Of a DNA stretch of 20,000 bases, positions 10,336 to 20,000 are shown in pieces. Source of the stretch: Lama guanicoe (Eukaryota); assembly GCA_013239625.1 (NCBI GenBank), contig MU053594.1:1197701-1217700 (forward strand), given 5' to 3'. Position 1 is the stretch's first letter. Each line of letters begins with the position of its first letter. The position numbers and the translations under genes are program-made. The notes beneath the pieces are model-generated. The model was not told the DNA's origin, searched no databases, and saw nothing but the letters and a program-made list of their open reading frames with translations.

Positions 10336-10859
10336 ACAGTTGAAAATCCTGGAGAATTTCCCCCTGTTGTGAATTTGCGCCCAGCTGTCTGCACCCACCA
10401 GCATGCCGGCCGTTCCACTGTGGGGCCCGGGGGTCAACGCTGTTTTTCCTCTTGGAAGACTCACTTTGCCTCCCACCTCTGAGCAAAAGCAGCAGTGACA
10501 AGCCAACCACAGTCTAGTCCCTGGCTCCACGGGGGCCCCCGGGGTCTGGGGAAACCTGGACACGACCTTCGATGTCCAAGGGGCAGGAAGGGCGCCCTGG
10601 CCCCGCAGGCCTAGCTTCTGAAGGCGACTGTTCTGTGAACTCCAGCTCCAGAAACGCTCCCACCGCCCGCCCTTGTGCACTCTGTCTTCTCTGGGTCCTG
10701 CTTGAGTGGTGGCCAAGATTGTGAGCCACTGAGATAAAAAAATAAATAAATAAAAATGCTTGTAGGGAGGAAAGCCTGGAGGTTAAGCCTAGCCTCCTGA
10801 TGGCAAAAGGCCCTCAGAAGGACAGGAGAACCAACACAGTGAAAAATCCTTGCAAACAG

Positions 10860-10954
10860 CCCTCCTTTCCCACTTCGCGCCCCACCTCTCTCCCTCTTCC
10901 GCTCTGTCCCTTCCTCCTCTCATCTTTTTTTTCCCCCCTTTTTCTCTTTTCCCC
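10860..10954 (+). repeat. Polypyrimidine low-complexity tract
   Basis: About 95 nt of almost only C/T, ending ttttccccAG. Confidence 0.8.
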
Positions 10955-11399
10955 AGTAAAACCTACCTCCATTACCTAACAGAGAGCACCTCTTCCACAG
11001 ACCCTTCAGTTTAGTATCATCTGTAACCAATGAGGTTTGTGTCAGTTTTAACCCTTGGTAAAATTCTGTTAGAGTGAACAGTGAATTCCAAGAAACTGTC
11101 TAAATAATTTGGCTACGTTGAAAGTTTTTGTAGTAAACGTTGCTAGGAGAAAAATTATGGCTGAATATCTTTGAGGCCGCAGAGTCTTTTTATTGTAAGG
11201 GCATTTGACACAATATTAGGGACAGGGATGTCCCAGGTACGGTGTGGACACTTCCTCTAATCCATAGGACTTCACTTGCCACTGCCACCAGGCTCCTTCT
11301 AGATCCTCTCGGATGCCTCCATCCAGGAGCTGGCCAGGTGCTCCTCACAGCTGTATGATCAGCTGGAATTAATTATCCTCTAAGGATTCTGGGAGGACT

Positions 11400-11520
11400 T
11401 CCTGTGTGATTAGCATCTGGTTGGGTACCGCAAAGAAATTCCAAAACATAAGACAAGATTCCTGCTCTTGTGGTGTTTATAGTCTAGACGAGGGGGATGC
11501 ATCCAACACACACACAGCCA
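11400..11520 (-). mobile_element. L2 LINE 3' fragment, antisense
   Basis: ataagacaagattcctgctcttgtggtgtttatagtctag resembles the L2 reverse-strand sequence aataagacacagtccctgccctcaaggagctcacagtctag. Confidence 0.65.
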
Positions 11521-12884
11521 AATTGAACAGAGCAGGACCACACCGAGTTAAGGGCTCTATGGTGGTGGACGGCAAATGCCATCCTCAGTCTGCCTGCCCT
11601 GGGAACCCAGCCTTCCAGGCACAGGTGAAGACTAAGCCAGCCTCCCTCTCCATCCCCATCCTCCCAGTGTCTCAGAGTCCTTTGCTCATTGTAGACAAAT
11701 GCCCCTACAGAACGTCTCACATTGTGTTGTGTGGTGATTATTTTCATCTCTATCTCTATAAGCGTTTTGAGCTCAAAGGCTCCATCTTGCAAAGTATCTG
11801 GTAAGGAACTGGGGGCCTCATCAGTTTTTAAGAAATTTTAAAAATGTTTATTGGATGCCTAATGTGAGCCAAGGGCTGGTGCCAGAGAACTGCTGGCTGG
11901 CTGCCCTCCCCTGTGGGATTCTGTAACAGCAACGTTATACCTCATTCCTCTTCCAAGGTGCACGGGGAGAGGCGCTGCTCCGGGGGACTGGATATGGAAT
12001 CACAGCAGGAGATCCGCGCGGGTGGTAGGAAGTTAGAACCCTGAGGACCACTTCTCTAGGCACAACTGTGGGGTCAGGTAGTCTAGTTTGGAGCAGTCGG
12101 AGGTGGAAACAGGCTGCTCTGGTCCCCTCTTAGCTACATCTTGGGGAGAATTGATGTCTGCATGTTAATGCTCTCCAAGATGTCATTAACCGCCCAGACA
12201 CCCTTCCCGCTGAGACAGGACCCATGAGGAGGGGTGGACGAGGAGAGAGAACTCCCTTCGAGGGTCCTGTCCTTTGCTCCGTGAGAAGTGATCTATTAGA
12301 GGCTGACAAGTCAATAAAGGCAATTTAAGTCCCTTTCTTGGAGTCTGTGTGACTTACAGGAAGGCAATGGTGGGGCGCCAGGGTGGGGCCATGGGCCCTT
12401 TGCGCCCTCCCCTCTCTCAATTATAGCAAATTTGCCTAATGCACTAAAAGCCAATGAATCAAGTCGCCTGGTGATGGGATGTGGAAGGCGAGGGGGAAGA
12501 CGTCGGATGCTGGCAGATGCCCTGCTAACCTTGGCTTTAATTAGGTTTGAGTGGATAACAAACAAAACAATCCTTCATTTGAGACAACTAACCGTGGTGA
12601 AAAAGTGGCCCAGAGTTGGTTCTTGCAAATAAGTGACATCCTGGGTCTTGAGGGAGGCCTTTGTTACTTCCCCAGTCTGGATCACATTTCTCGAAAGAGT
12701 TGGTGGATTTAGACCCATATTCTCCAAACCGGGGCCCAAGTTAACACCTGCTTGTCCCTTGTGATGGGATGGGAATCCCACAGTGTTTGAGCTCAGCAGG
12801 ATTAATCACAAGGAGGAAGTCACAGCATTCTTCTCTTTCATGCTAAGGGTAGAATTTTAGTAGTCTTAAAATTTAATCAAAAAT

Positions 12885-13378
12885 TCTACAAAATCAGTAG
12901 ACCATATTGATTGAAACTGCCAAGGTCAAGAAAGATAAGGAAAGATTTACGACCTATTCCAGGTTCAACGCTATAAAGAGACATCATGACAACTGAGTGT
13001 AACCTGTGATCCAGAAGTTTCTTCTCCCACATTGAGCACTATTGGAGTAATGGGAGAATTTGAATAAAGGCTTTACATTAGCTAATAGTATTGTTACAAT
13101 GCTAATTTTCTAATTTTGGATTATTATTGTACTATGTTCATGTAAGACAATGTCCTTATTTTAGAAAATATACACTGAAGGGGTACACTGGCATCGTATC
13201 TGCAACTCACACTCAAATGTTCTGAAAAAAAATCTATCTCTATCCATCCATCAAAAGCAAAGTTGGTAAAACACGTGTGGGATCCAGGCGAAGAATAGAT
13301 GGGAATTCTTTGTGTTAAGTTTGCGTCTTTTCTGTAAGCGTGAACTCACAGCAAAGTGAAAAGCTTTTTTAAAAAATA
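12885..13378 (+). mobile_element. Ancient L1 3'UTR (L1MC4/L1MC5/L1ME-like)
   Basis: caaggtcaagaaagataaggaaag..aaagagaca-tgacaact..aatagtattgt..gtaagacaatgtcctt..tctgcaactcacactcaaatg..cttttctgtaag, ending in an A-rich tail, is colinear with the L1MC 3' end. Confidence 0.88.
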
Positions 13379-13589
13379 CAGTTGGTCAAGAGATTGGCAG
13401 CTAGGACCAGGGGAACAATATGTGTCAGTCCTTTTCTCTTCTGCTCTTTCCAAACCATCCTCTCCATCCAAATCATGGCCAGGTTTGGGGTGTAAATCTC
13501 TGAATGCACAGGGAGTGGTGGGCGATTTCTGTAAGGGAAGAGGTTTCTCACATGATGAGGTTACATGAAGAAGTCTGCACAAGGGACCA

Positions 13590-13636
13590 GTGGCTAGATG
13601 ATCACCAAGTTCCTTTCTAGCTCCAAAGTTCTATAA
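13590..13636 (+). mobile_element. MIR3/L3(CR1)-type 3' terminal fragment
   Basis: ctagatgatcaccaagttcctttctagctccaaagttctat resembles the shared MIR3/L3 end ctagatgatctctaaggtcccttccagctctaaaattctat. Confidence 0.6.
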
Positions 13637-14394
13637 ACTTTGGGTTCCATGAAGTAGAGGGGAAAAAACACTGCTGTGGTTTGAAGTCGTTCAAACAACT
13701 TGAAACTACCCTCTTGCTCTGCTTCTGCTATGATACCCCCTAGGACCACACGTCGGGGGAGAGGTGGGGGTTCTACCTACTGCTGCATGGAGAGCTCCCC
13801 TTGTTCTGGACGCCCAAAGCAACGGTGATCCTTTCCTGCACCGGTCTCAGACAGCCCACCCCACCTCCTCCTTCCAGGATAACCCCTGCTCAATTTTGCT
13901 GACCTGATGGACTTCCACAGGGCTCCCAGGACCAAAAGTATGAGAACACAGCTAAGATGCAAAGGATTTGTACTGATACGCAATACGCCCCTATATGCGT
14001 ATGGATGTACACATGTATTTTCTAACACCAGTCTCCAACATTATCAACCTTTAACAATTTTTAAAATGTCCTCCATTATAAAATATCTTTTAAAGATACT
14101 TAACAACAAACTGTCATCAGTTCTGAATTTCTCTGAACTTAAGGACCAAACCATCTGCCGAGAACTTCCGTGGCACCTTTGTAGGCGCTGAGTAAGTTGG
14201 CTGGTGGCACTTCTGGAAATAACCCCAGGGGTTCTTAGCCCCAAGCCACCAACCAGGAGCTGAGTCCCCTGCTCACAGGCAAGAAACAAGGAGATCTGGG
14301 GCTGGGAAAGGAGAACTGGCCACAGTGGATGACAAACACTTTATTTTAATGTCCACTTTTTTGTTAGTTTGTTTTTGACTGTGCAGCAGGTGAC

Positions 14395-14760
14395 TACGGC
14401 GGACATTGCTGCTTGACGTACTTAATCACCATTCTCTTCTCCTCTAGTATAAGAATCCCAATTTTGCTTGTGAGTAAAAATACCTTCCCAGACTGTCGGG
14501 GAGCTAGGAGCACTCAGATGATGTAGCTTCAGCAGGTGGGATTATAAGAAGAAATTGCAGAGAAGGTTGTTTTGCCTGATAAGAAATAGACTCAGCTGGC
14601 ACTAGCCTTTTGCCTTTGCCTTTTCCCCATCTTCCAGCCTGGGAAGTGAGTGCCTGTGACGCCTGGGCTGGAGAGCAGCCATTCTTGGAGCCGGGAGGAT
14701 GGGAGCGACAGTGTTGGTGCAGCCGGGTCTAGAAGAAACCTGGCCTCTTGGCTTCTTTCT
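14395..14760 (+). mobile_element. LTR33-like (ERVL) solo LTR fragment
   Basis: ccattctcttctcc..agaatcccaattttg..ttcccagac..gagctagg..agactcagctggcac..cttttgcctttgcc..cttccagcctgg..gctggagagcagccattcttg is colinear with the recalled LTR33. Confidence 0.7.
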
Positions 14761-14829
14761 GGGCTGCCCCCGGACATCTCATTATTTGGGGAAAATGTGC
14801 TCCTTGTGGTGGGGGTTTTTGTTACCTGT

Positions 14830-15285
14830 CCCTGAACACAGCCTCCACAGAGACACCCACCCCTCCCTCATCCTTGCGACTTTCCATGACTCTGACTCTA
14901 CACCCAGGGCCACCCATCCACGCATCAAGGAGCCATCGTCTCCGCTCCACAGTGTCTGATTCCAGGATGGGCCACAGCTTAAGCAGAACAATTGCGATAA
15001 GTCAGGACTTTTGCACCAAAAAGATGGACTTTCTTCACCGGATGGATTTGGAGTTACAAAGTCTAGAGTTGTGGCATCCACGTGGTCGAGGTGGGAAGAA
15101 AGCCCATCGAGAAAGCATCTGACATGTGGGAGCATAATCCCCAACTGCGAGGTGAAGGGGCTGGGTTCTCGTGACATCATTTCTGTCCCTATGTCACCCT
15201 GTGCCTGAAGCCGGTCCTAACTGTGGACTCTCTCATTATACAAACCAAGAAATATCCTTCCTCCTTAAGCTGGTGAGGCTTTCCA
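14830..15285 (+). mobile_element. MLT1 (MaLR; MLT1K/L-like) solo LTR fragment
   Basis: ccacagtgtctgattccaggatgggcca..gtgacatcattt..tgtgcctgaagcc..tggactctctcatta..ccaagaaat..cttaagct matches the MLT1K-type 3' half. Confidence 0.65.
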
Positions 15286-16963
15286 CGAGCCAGGTGGGGC
15301 TGAAGAAGCCTGATCGGTTCAGAGGCTCACTGAGGGTGTGAGGGGCCCAGGGGGAGGTCCTGGAGGCCGCGCTTGGGTTCTTGGAAAGGACATCATGGCT
15401 AATGACCTGGGCTGTGATTTGCAGGAATGGGAGGCTTAGTTGAAGGAAACTTCGAGTCCCTGTCAGGTGTCAGTCTTCATCCCGATTAGGCATACACTTT
15501 GATCTCTGGGCCCAGTGAGAACAGTTTTGTCAACTGAAAAGGAGACCCATCCTGAAGCAAAACAGGGGTCTGTTTTGCCTTGGGGGAGGGGAACGCAGGC
15601 TAATGGAACATCCTGTAGTGAGTTATCCGCTCATCTTTCAAGAAACACAGTCACCGGAGACAACGCTCGCTTTCATAGAATTGTCTCTGACACCACCTTA
15701 ATTCCACAAATTACTGTCACCCGGAGCTATAAGGAGTCATTTTTAAACTAAACCCACTTGGCAGGCCAGAGGGCAGGCTTTCAGAGTGTAGCTCATAAAC
15801 GGTCCTAGGATTTCCCAAGCGAAATACCTGGCACTTTGTAGGTGGCTTTAACCCAGAGGAGACAGGAAGGGCCCAGCCTAGAGCCGTGGTGGGGATGGCA
15901 GGGCTCAGAGGACAGAGGAAAAGCCTGTGTCCTGTGGACCGGCTCTTTTCTGACTGAATACCTTCCGAGACGAGCCCGCTTGAGAGACCACGATGCCTTC
16001 GCTGGGGGAAAGGTGAGACCCACCGCCCACGGTGAGGCAGGCGGGCCCTAGTGTACCGCAGTGTGTCCTCTTCTTAAATCACCACCTTGAGAATAAAACC
16101 TGCCTTAGAGGTTGACATCGTCCCCTTTCAGAGACACCATGTGGTACGTTCATTGGCTCTCAGGTCGGCCCTGGGCCCCAGCAACCCATGTGTCCCCAGA
16201 GTGTTACAACTTTTATCATTCGGCCTTTGAGGGCAGTAGAGACGGCTGCCTAGGATGGAGAAGGCTGGGCCTCCCCTCCTGTCCCTCCAGCACAGTTTCT
16301 GGATTCCGTCAGGGGCCACCCACCCACCCAGGGCCTGAATGGAAAAGACCAGCTTCCAGAATGATCCAACGGCCTTTCTCCTCTCAGTTTAGCTAGAGAT
16401 TACATAAAACTGAGGGGGAGGCCTTCCACAGAGCGGCTGTACCCTCACCCGAAACACCTTAGAGATGTGCTGTGCGACCATCGAAGGGAACCTCACCCTC
16501 ACAGCAGTTCTGGACGGTGCGTGCAGTGGCCCCACTTCACAGATCAGGAAACGGGACTCAGAGTAGGCGAGACATTTACCCAGGACACCCAGCTGTGCTG
16601 GCGCTGGTCTCCTTCACTCTGAGGTCAGTGTTCCCAGCGTTCCTGCTCCTCCGTCAGCCTGCGCTTCCCCAGGAACCCAGTGACCAGAGCAGCCAGCTCT
16701 CTGGGGCAGGCGGCAGTGTGGGTGGGGTGGGGTTCCCTCCCTCGGGTCTTGGTCTTTTGCATCTGACAACTACGAAGGTGCTTGGGGGGGCAGGGCGGGA
16801 CTGTGACTCCCCCCACCCCTACCCCACTCCTCTACCTCCTATCTCTTCAAAAGAAAAAAAAAAAGAGCATCAGCACCTTTATCTCTGACCCGGGTCACAG
16901 CCGGAGAAGAACACGAATGAAACAGCCCCTGCGGCTCTGAAAACCCCTGGCTGCTTTCCTGGG

Positions 16964-16973
16964 GCTGAGTCAC
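16964..16973 (-). promoter_or_regulatory. AP-1/ARE (NRF2-sMAF type) motif
   Basis: The minus strand reads GTGACTCAGC, an exact RTGACnnnGC with an embedded TGACTCA AP-1 site. Confidence 0.4.
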
Positions 16974-17515
16974 GTCTTCGCTTCAGGAAGGTGTCATTAA
17001 TTTGGTGCAGAAGAAATAAACAAATGCAAGTAACAGTGTGGCCTAGAGCTCCCCAAAGGAGCTGAGAACCTTCTGGGTTGTATCCACAAGCGTGGGCTGA
17101 AAGCAAAGATTACAGAAGGCATCGGTGGGCCTGGAGCGTGAAAACATTCCTTTAGAGTAATTAATTAAGGCAGCTTAGTACCTCACTAGGCTATAGCTTT
17201 TTTGAAGATGCGTGTTTTTGAATCAGGAAGGCTTTTTTCTGCAAATATGTTTTTATAGTAAGTGTGTGTGGGTGAGACCAAGGTTGGGCTTAGTCCCCAG
17301 GGCAGGTGACCCAGGGATGCGAATGAAGGTAAGTGGGTGGCAAGAAAAAAAAATAAAATAAAAATTGTCTTTGGAGTTTCTGTCCTGGAGATGGCAGGAC
17401 CCCACAGGATGTGACATGGTGCCCTGACAATTGTGGTGCCTTTGGTCTTCCAGCCGAAAGTCTGGGGCTAAAAGCAGCATCTCCCAGAGAGGATTCAGAT
17501 CCTAGTCCACAGTTT

Positions 17516-18258
17516 AGAGGGTTAAGGAGAAAAGGGATCCTCCTGCACTGCTGGTGGGAATGTGATTTGGTGCAGCCACCATGGAAAACAGTATGGAGAT
17601 TCCTTAAAACACTAAAAATTGAGCTACCATCTGATCCAGCAATCCCACTCCTGGGCATTTATCTGGAGAAAATTTCAATTCAAAGAGATACATGCACCCC
17701 AATGTTCATAGCAGCACTATTTAGAATAGCCAAGACATGGAAGCAACCTAAATGTCCATCGACAGATGAATAGATAAAGAAGATGTGGTGTATATATATA
17801 TACAATGGAATACTACTCAGCCATAAAAAAGAATGAAATAATGCCATTTGTAGCAACATGGATGGACCTAGAGATGATCATATTAAGTGAAATAAGCCAG
17901 ACAGTGAAAGACATATATGATATCACTTTATGTAGAATCTAAAATATGATACAAGTGAACTTATTTACAAAACAAAAAACAGTCACAGACATAGAAAACA
18001 AACTTATGGTTACCAACGGGGAAAGGGGGGAAGGATAAATTAGTAGTTTGAGATTAGCAGATATAACCTACTATGTATAAAATAGACAAAAAATGAGTTT
18101 CTACTGTATAGAACAGGGAACTATATTCAATATCTTGTAATAACCTATAATGAAAGAGAATATGAAAAAGAATATATGTGTATAACTGAATCACTTTGCT
18201 GTACACCAGAAACTAACACAACGTTGTATAAATCAACTATACTTCAATTAAAAAAAAA
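17516..18258 (+). mobile_element. 5'-truncated LINE-1 (ORF2 C-terminus, 3'UTR and poly(A))
   Basis: The translation [68 protein letters not shown] is L1 ORF2p. The 3'UTR is homologous to the copy at 4245-4913 and the poly(A) lies at 18250-18258. Confidence 0.98.
17525..17942 (+). pseudogene. Disabled L1 ORF2p C-terminal segment
   Basis: It includes the HCWWEC part of the CCHC motif. There is a Trp-to-TAG stop at 17771-17773, a (TA)n expansion at 17791-17802 and further indels before gaatctaa. Confidence 0.9.
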
Positions 18259-18415
18259 GATTTACTCTTGGCAAATTTCACGTCTACAATACCATATTGT
18301 TAACTATAGTCACATGGCTGTATGTTAGGTCCCTAGAATGTAGTCATCCTACCTGACTGAAGCTTTGTACTCTTTGACATCTGCTTATTTCTCCCCTGCC
18401 GCCTGCCTGTCCCTG
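18257..18415 (-). mobile_element. Older L1 (L1MA/L1MB-like) 3'UTR fragment, antisense
   Basis: aagatttactcttggcaaatttca..tacaatac..ttaactatagtcacatggctgta..ttag..actgaagctttgtactctttgac matches the reverse complement of an L1MA9-type 3' end. Confidence 0.85.
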
Positions 18416-19115
18416 GTCAGCTATTGGGCTGAGCAGATTAGTCAGTGTGCAAACTGCCTCGGCCTGAGGGCTCACTGACCTGCCCCAAAGGCCCTGCAGA
18501 CTCCAGGTCCATCCTTCTGAGCAATAACTGCAGAGCAGGGCCAGGCCTGGATGCCGGAGCTGGAGCCACATCCAGGACCAACGCCGGGCTCCTGCATCAC
18601 TGCCTCCCTCCCCCATCCTAGGGCTCTGAGGTGGGGCGTGCAGGCTGCCTTCCCCTCACCCAGCAGGCAGAGCTGGCCACTCCTGGGATCCAGACTCCTC
18701 TCTTCCCCTTCCTTTCCTCCGCCCCAGAGGGCTTTGATCAAAGAGAGAAGAGTAGTTCACAGTTTTCACAGAAGCACAGCCATGCGGAAAGGCCAAGAGA
18801 CGTGCTTAGCTTCTCTGTCAGCAATTTAAACCTAGGAACTTTGCAGAAATGGTGGAGCTGGGGAATTAACCACAACTTCCCGGCCTTTTGCCAGGTAGAG
18901 GAGGCCTAGGAAGGATGAAGCTGCAGCCCATGGCTGGGGGCATTACCCTCCAGGAGAATCAGCCTCGCTGTTGCAGGGCCCACCACATGCAAGGCCTATC
19001 TCCCAACATCAAAATCCTGCGAGGGTCTGCACCTACCTCTAAAGCCTGGGACATGCTCAGAGGGTTGCCTAGACCCTGCGTCTGAGCCAGGGGCTTATCA
19101 CCCTTCCTCTGCCCA

Positions 19116-19130
19116 TCAGCAGAGGGCAGC
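19116..19130 (+). promoter_or_regulatory. Candidate CTCF core motif
   Basis: TCAGCAGAGGGCAGC differs from the consensus CCASYAGRKGGCRS only at the first base. Confidence 0.4.
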
Positions 19131-19195
19131 TTGTGCTGTCTGGGTGAATACGAGGTGCAGTAAAGAATGCAGGTAAAATGCCTGGGAATCCTTAA

Positions 19196-19430
19196 GTGAT
19201 GAAGAGTATGTGGTTGAAAGCCAGACAGATCTGTGTTGCACTCTTGTCACCTGATGATCTTGGACAAGTTACTTAACCAGGCTGAACCCCAGCTTCCTGG
19301 ATTGATGAGTGACAGCAGTGTCATCTACCTTTGGGACTTCTGTTGTGGGAGTAAGTGAACTTGTACGCATAAAATGCTTAGCACTGTTCTTGCCACAAAA
19401 ACTAGACCTCAAAAAATGTAGCTAAGATTA
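19196..19430 (+). mobile_element. Near full-length MIR SINE
   Basis: aagagtatg..gccagacagatctg..gatcttggacaagttacttaacc..ctgaaccccagcttcct..atctacct..gttgtggga..aaaatgcttagcac..ctcaaaaaatgtagcta follows the MIR consensus. Confidence 0.88.
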
Positions 19431-19701
19431 ATTAGTTTTTAAAAGGATCCTGAATTTTAGAAGGAGGCTTCTAATGCCCAGGAATTCCATTATAAAGTAT
19501 CCACTTACATACTTGTAACATAGGACAATGTTATCCCCTCTCCTGAAGATGACACAGGAAGATGACACCTTCTTAGGAATCTCACTATGTATCGGGAAGC
19601 CTCAGGGCTAGAAAATACCTTTAATATTATCTCCTTTATCCTTCCTAATGGTTCCTGACCATTTCTACAACATCTTCTCTACTGTCTCTCCTAGGGTAGG
19701 G

Positions 19702-19873
19702 NNNNNNNNNNNNNNNNNNNNNNNNNNNNNNNNNNNNNNNNNNNNNNNNNNNNNNNNNNNNNNNNNNNNNNNNNNNNNNNNNNNNNNNNNNNNNNNNNNN
19801 NNNNNNNNNNNNNNNNNNNNNNNNNNNNNNNNNNNNNNNNNNNNNNNNNNNNNNNNNNNNNNNNNNNNNNNNN
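19702..19873. other. Assembly gap (172 N)
   Basis: Run of N. Confidence 1.
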
Positions 19874-19966
19874 TAAAAATGTATTTAATTTAAACAATAC
19901 TTTATTGCTAAAAATGTTGACCACCATCTGAGCCATCTGGAGATGTAGTGGTAACATCAAAGATCA
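19874..19966 (-). mobile_element. Internally deleted Tigger1 derivative (Tigger1a_Art-like, TcMar-Tigger)
   Basis: aatttaaacaatactttattgctaaaaatg..catctgagcc (one Tigger1 end region) is joined directly to gtagtggtaacatcaaagatca (the opposite end region). Confidence 0.8.
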
Positions 19967-20000
19967 AGGGATAGACTGGGATTTTAAAACTGAACTGAAG

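Noticed and set aside
10733..10756. Clustered AATAAA hexamers as a poly(A) signal
   Set aside because: They are part of an (AAAT)n simple repeat, with no identified upstream terminal exon.
13960..14240. Possible ancient hAT-Charlie fragment (AT-rich body, ttccgtggcacc, caggggttcttagcc)
   Set aside because: Only short terminal-like words match, so I cannot support a family call without an HMM search.
15557..15578. Perfect 9-bp inverted repeat GCAAAACAG-gggt-CTGTTTTGC
   Set aside because: The repeat is real, but about one such short-loop 9-bp repeat is expected by chance in 20 kb. It is too short for a pre-miRNA, and intrinsic terminators are irrelevant in a mammal.
1..20000. CRISPR array, tRNA/rRNA, operon or other prokaryotic or novel system
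   Set aside because: There are no regularly spaced repeats, no structured RNA gene signature and no gene-dense organisation. The repeat content shows that the DNA is mammalian.

Overview
This is non-coding mammalian (eutherian) genomic DNA, GC-rich in the unique parts, with two assembly gaps (9943-9961 and 19702-19873). I find no recognisable host protein-coding gene, RNA gene or prokaryotic system. The only clear protein homology is the degenerate C-terminus of LINE-1 ORF2p in two 5'-truncated L1 copies (about 4245-4913 and 17516-18258). The other annotatable content is old interspersed repeats: MIRs, L2, L1MC-like and L1MA/MB-like 3' ends, MER58A, LTR33-like and MLT1-like LTRs, and an internally deleted Tigger1. 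The L1 3'UTR type, the Tigger1a_Art-like junction and the lack of Alu/Bov/PRE/Can SINEs suggest a non-ruminant cetartiodactyl, possibly a camelid (inference). The most interesting signals are small-scale: a templated inverted insertion and a duplication-plus-deletion inside one L1, an apparent insertion-associated deletion at the other L1, several enhancer-like motif clusters (RFX X-box, octamer/GATA, ARE/FOX/homeobox, CTCF) and a few candidate splice sites. Repeat family names come from recalled consensus sequences and boundaries are approximate. I do not see convincing evidence of a new biological system.
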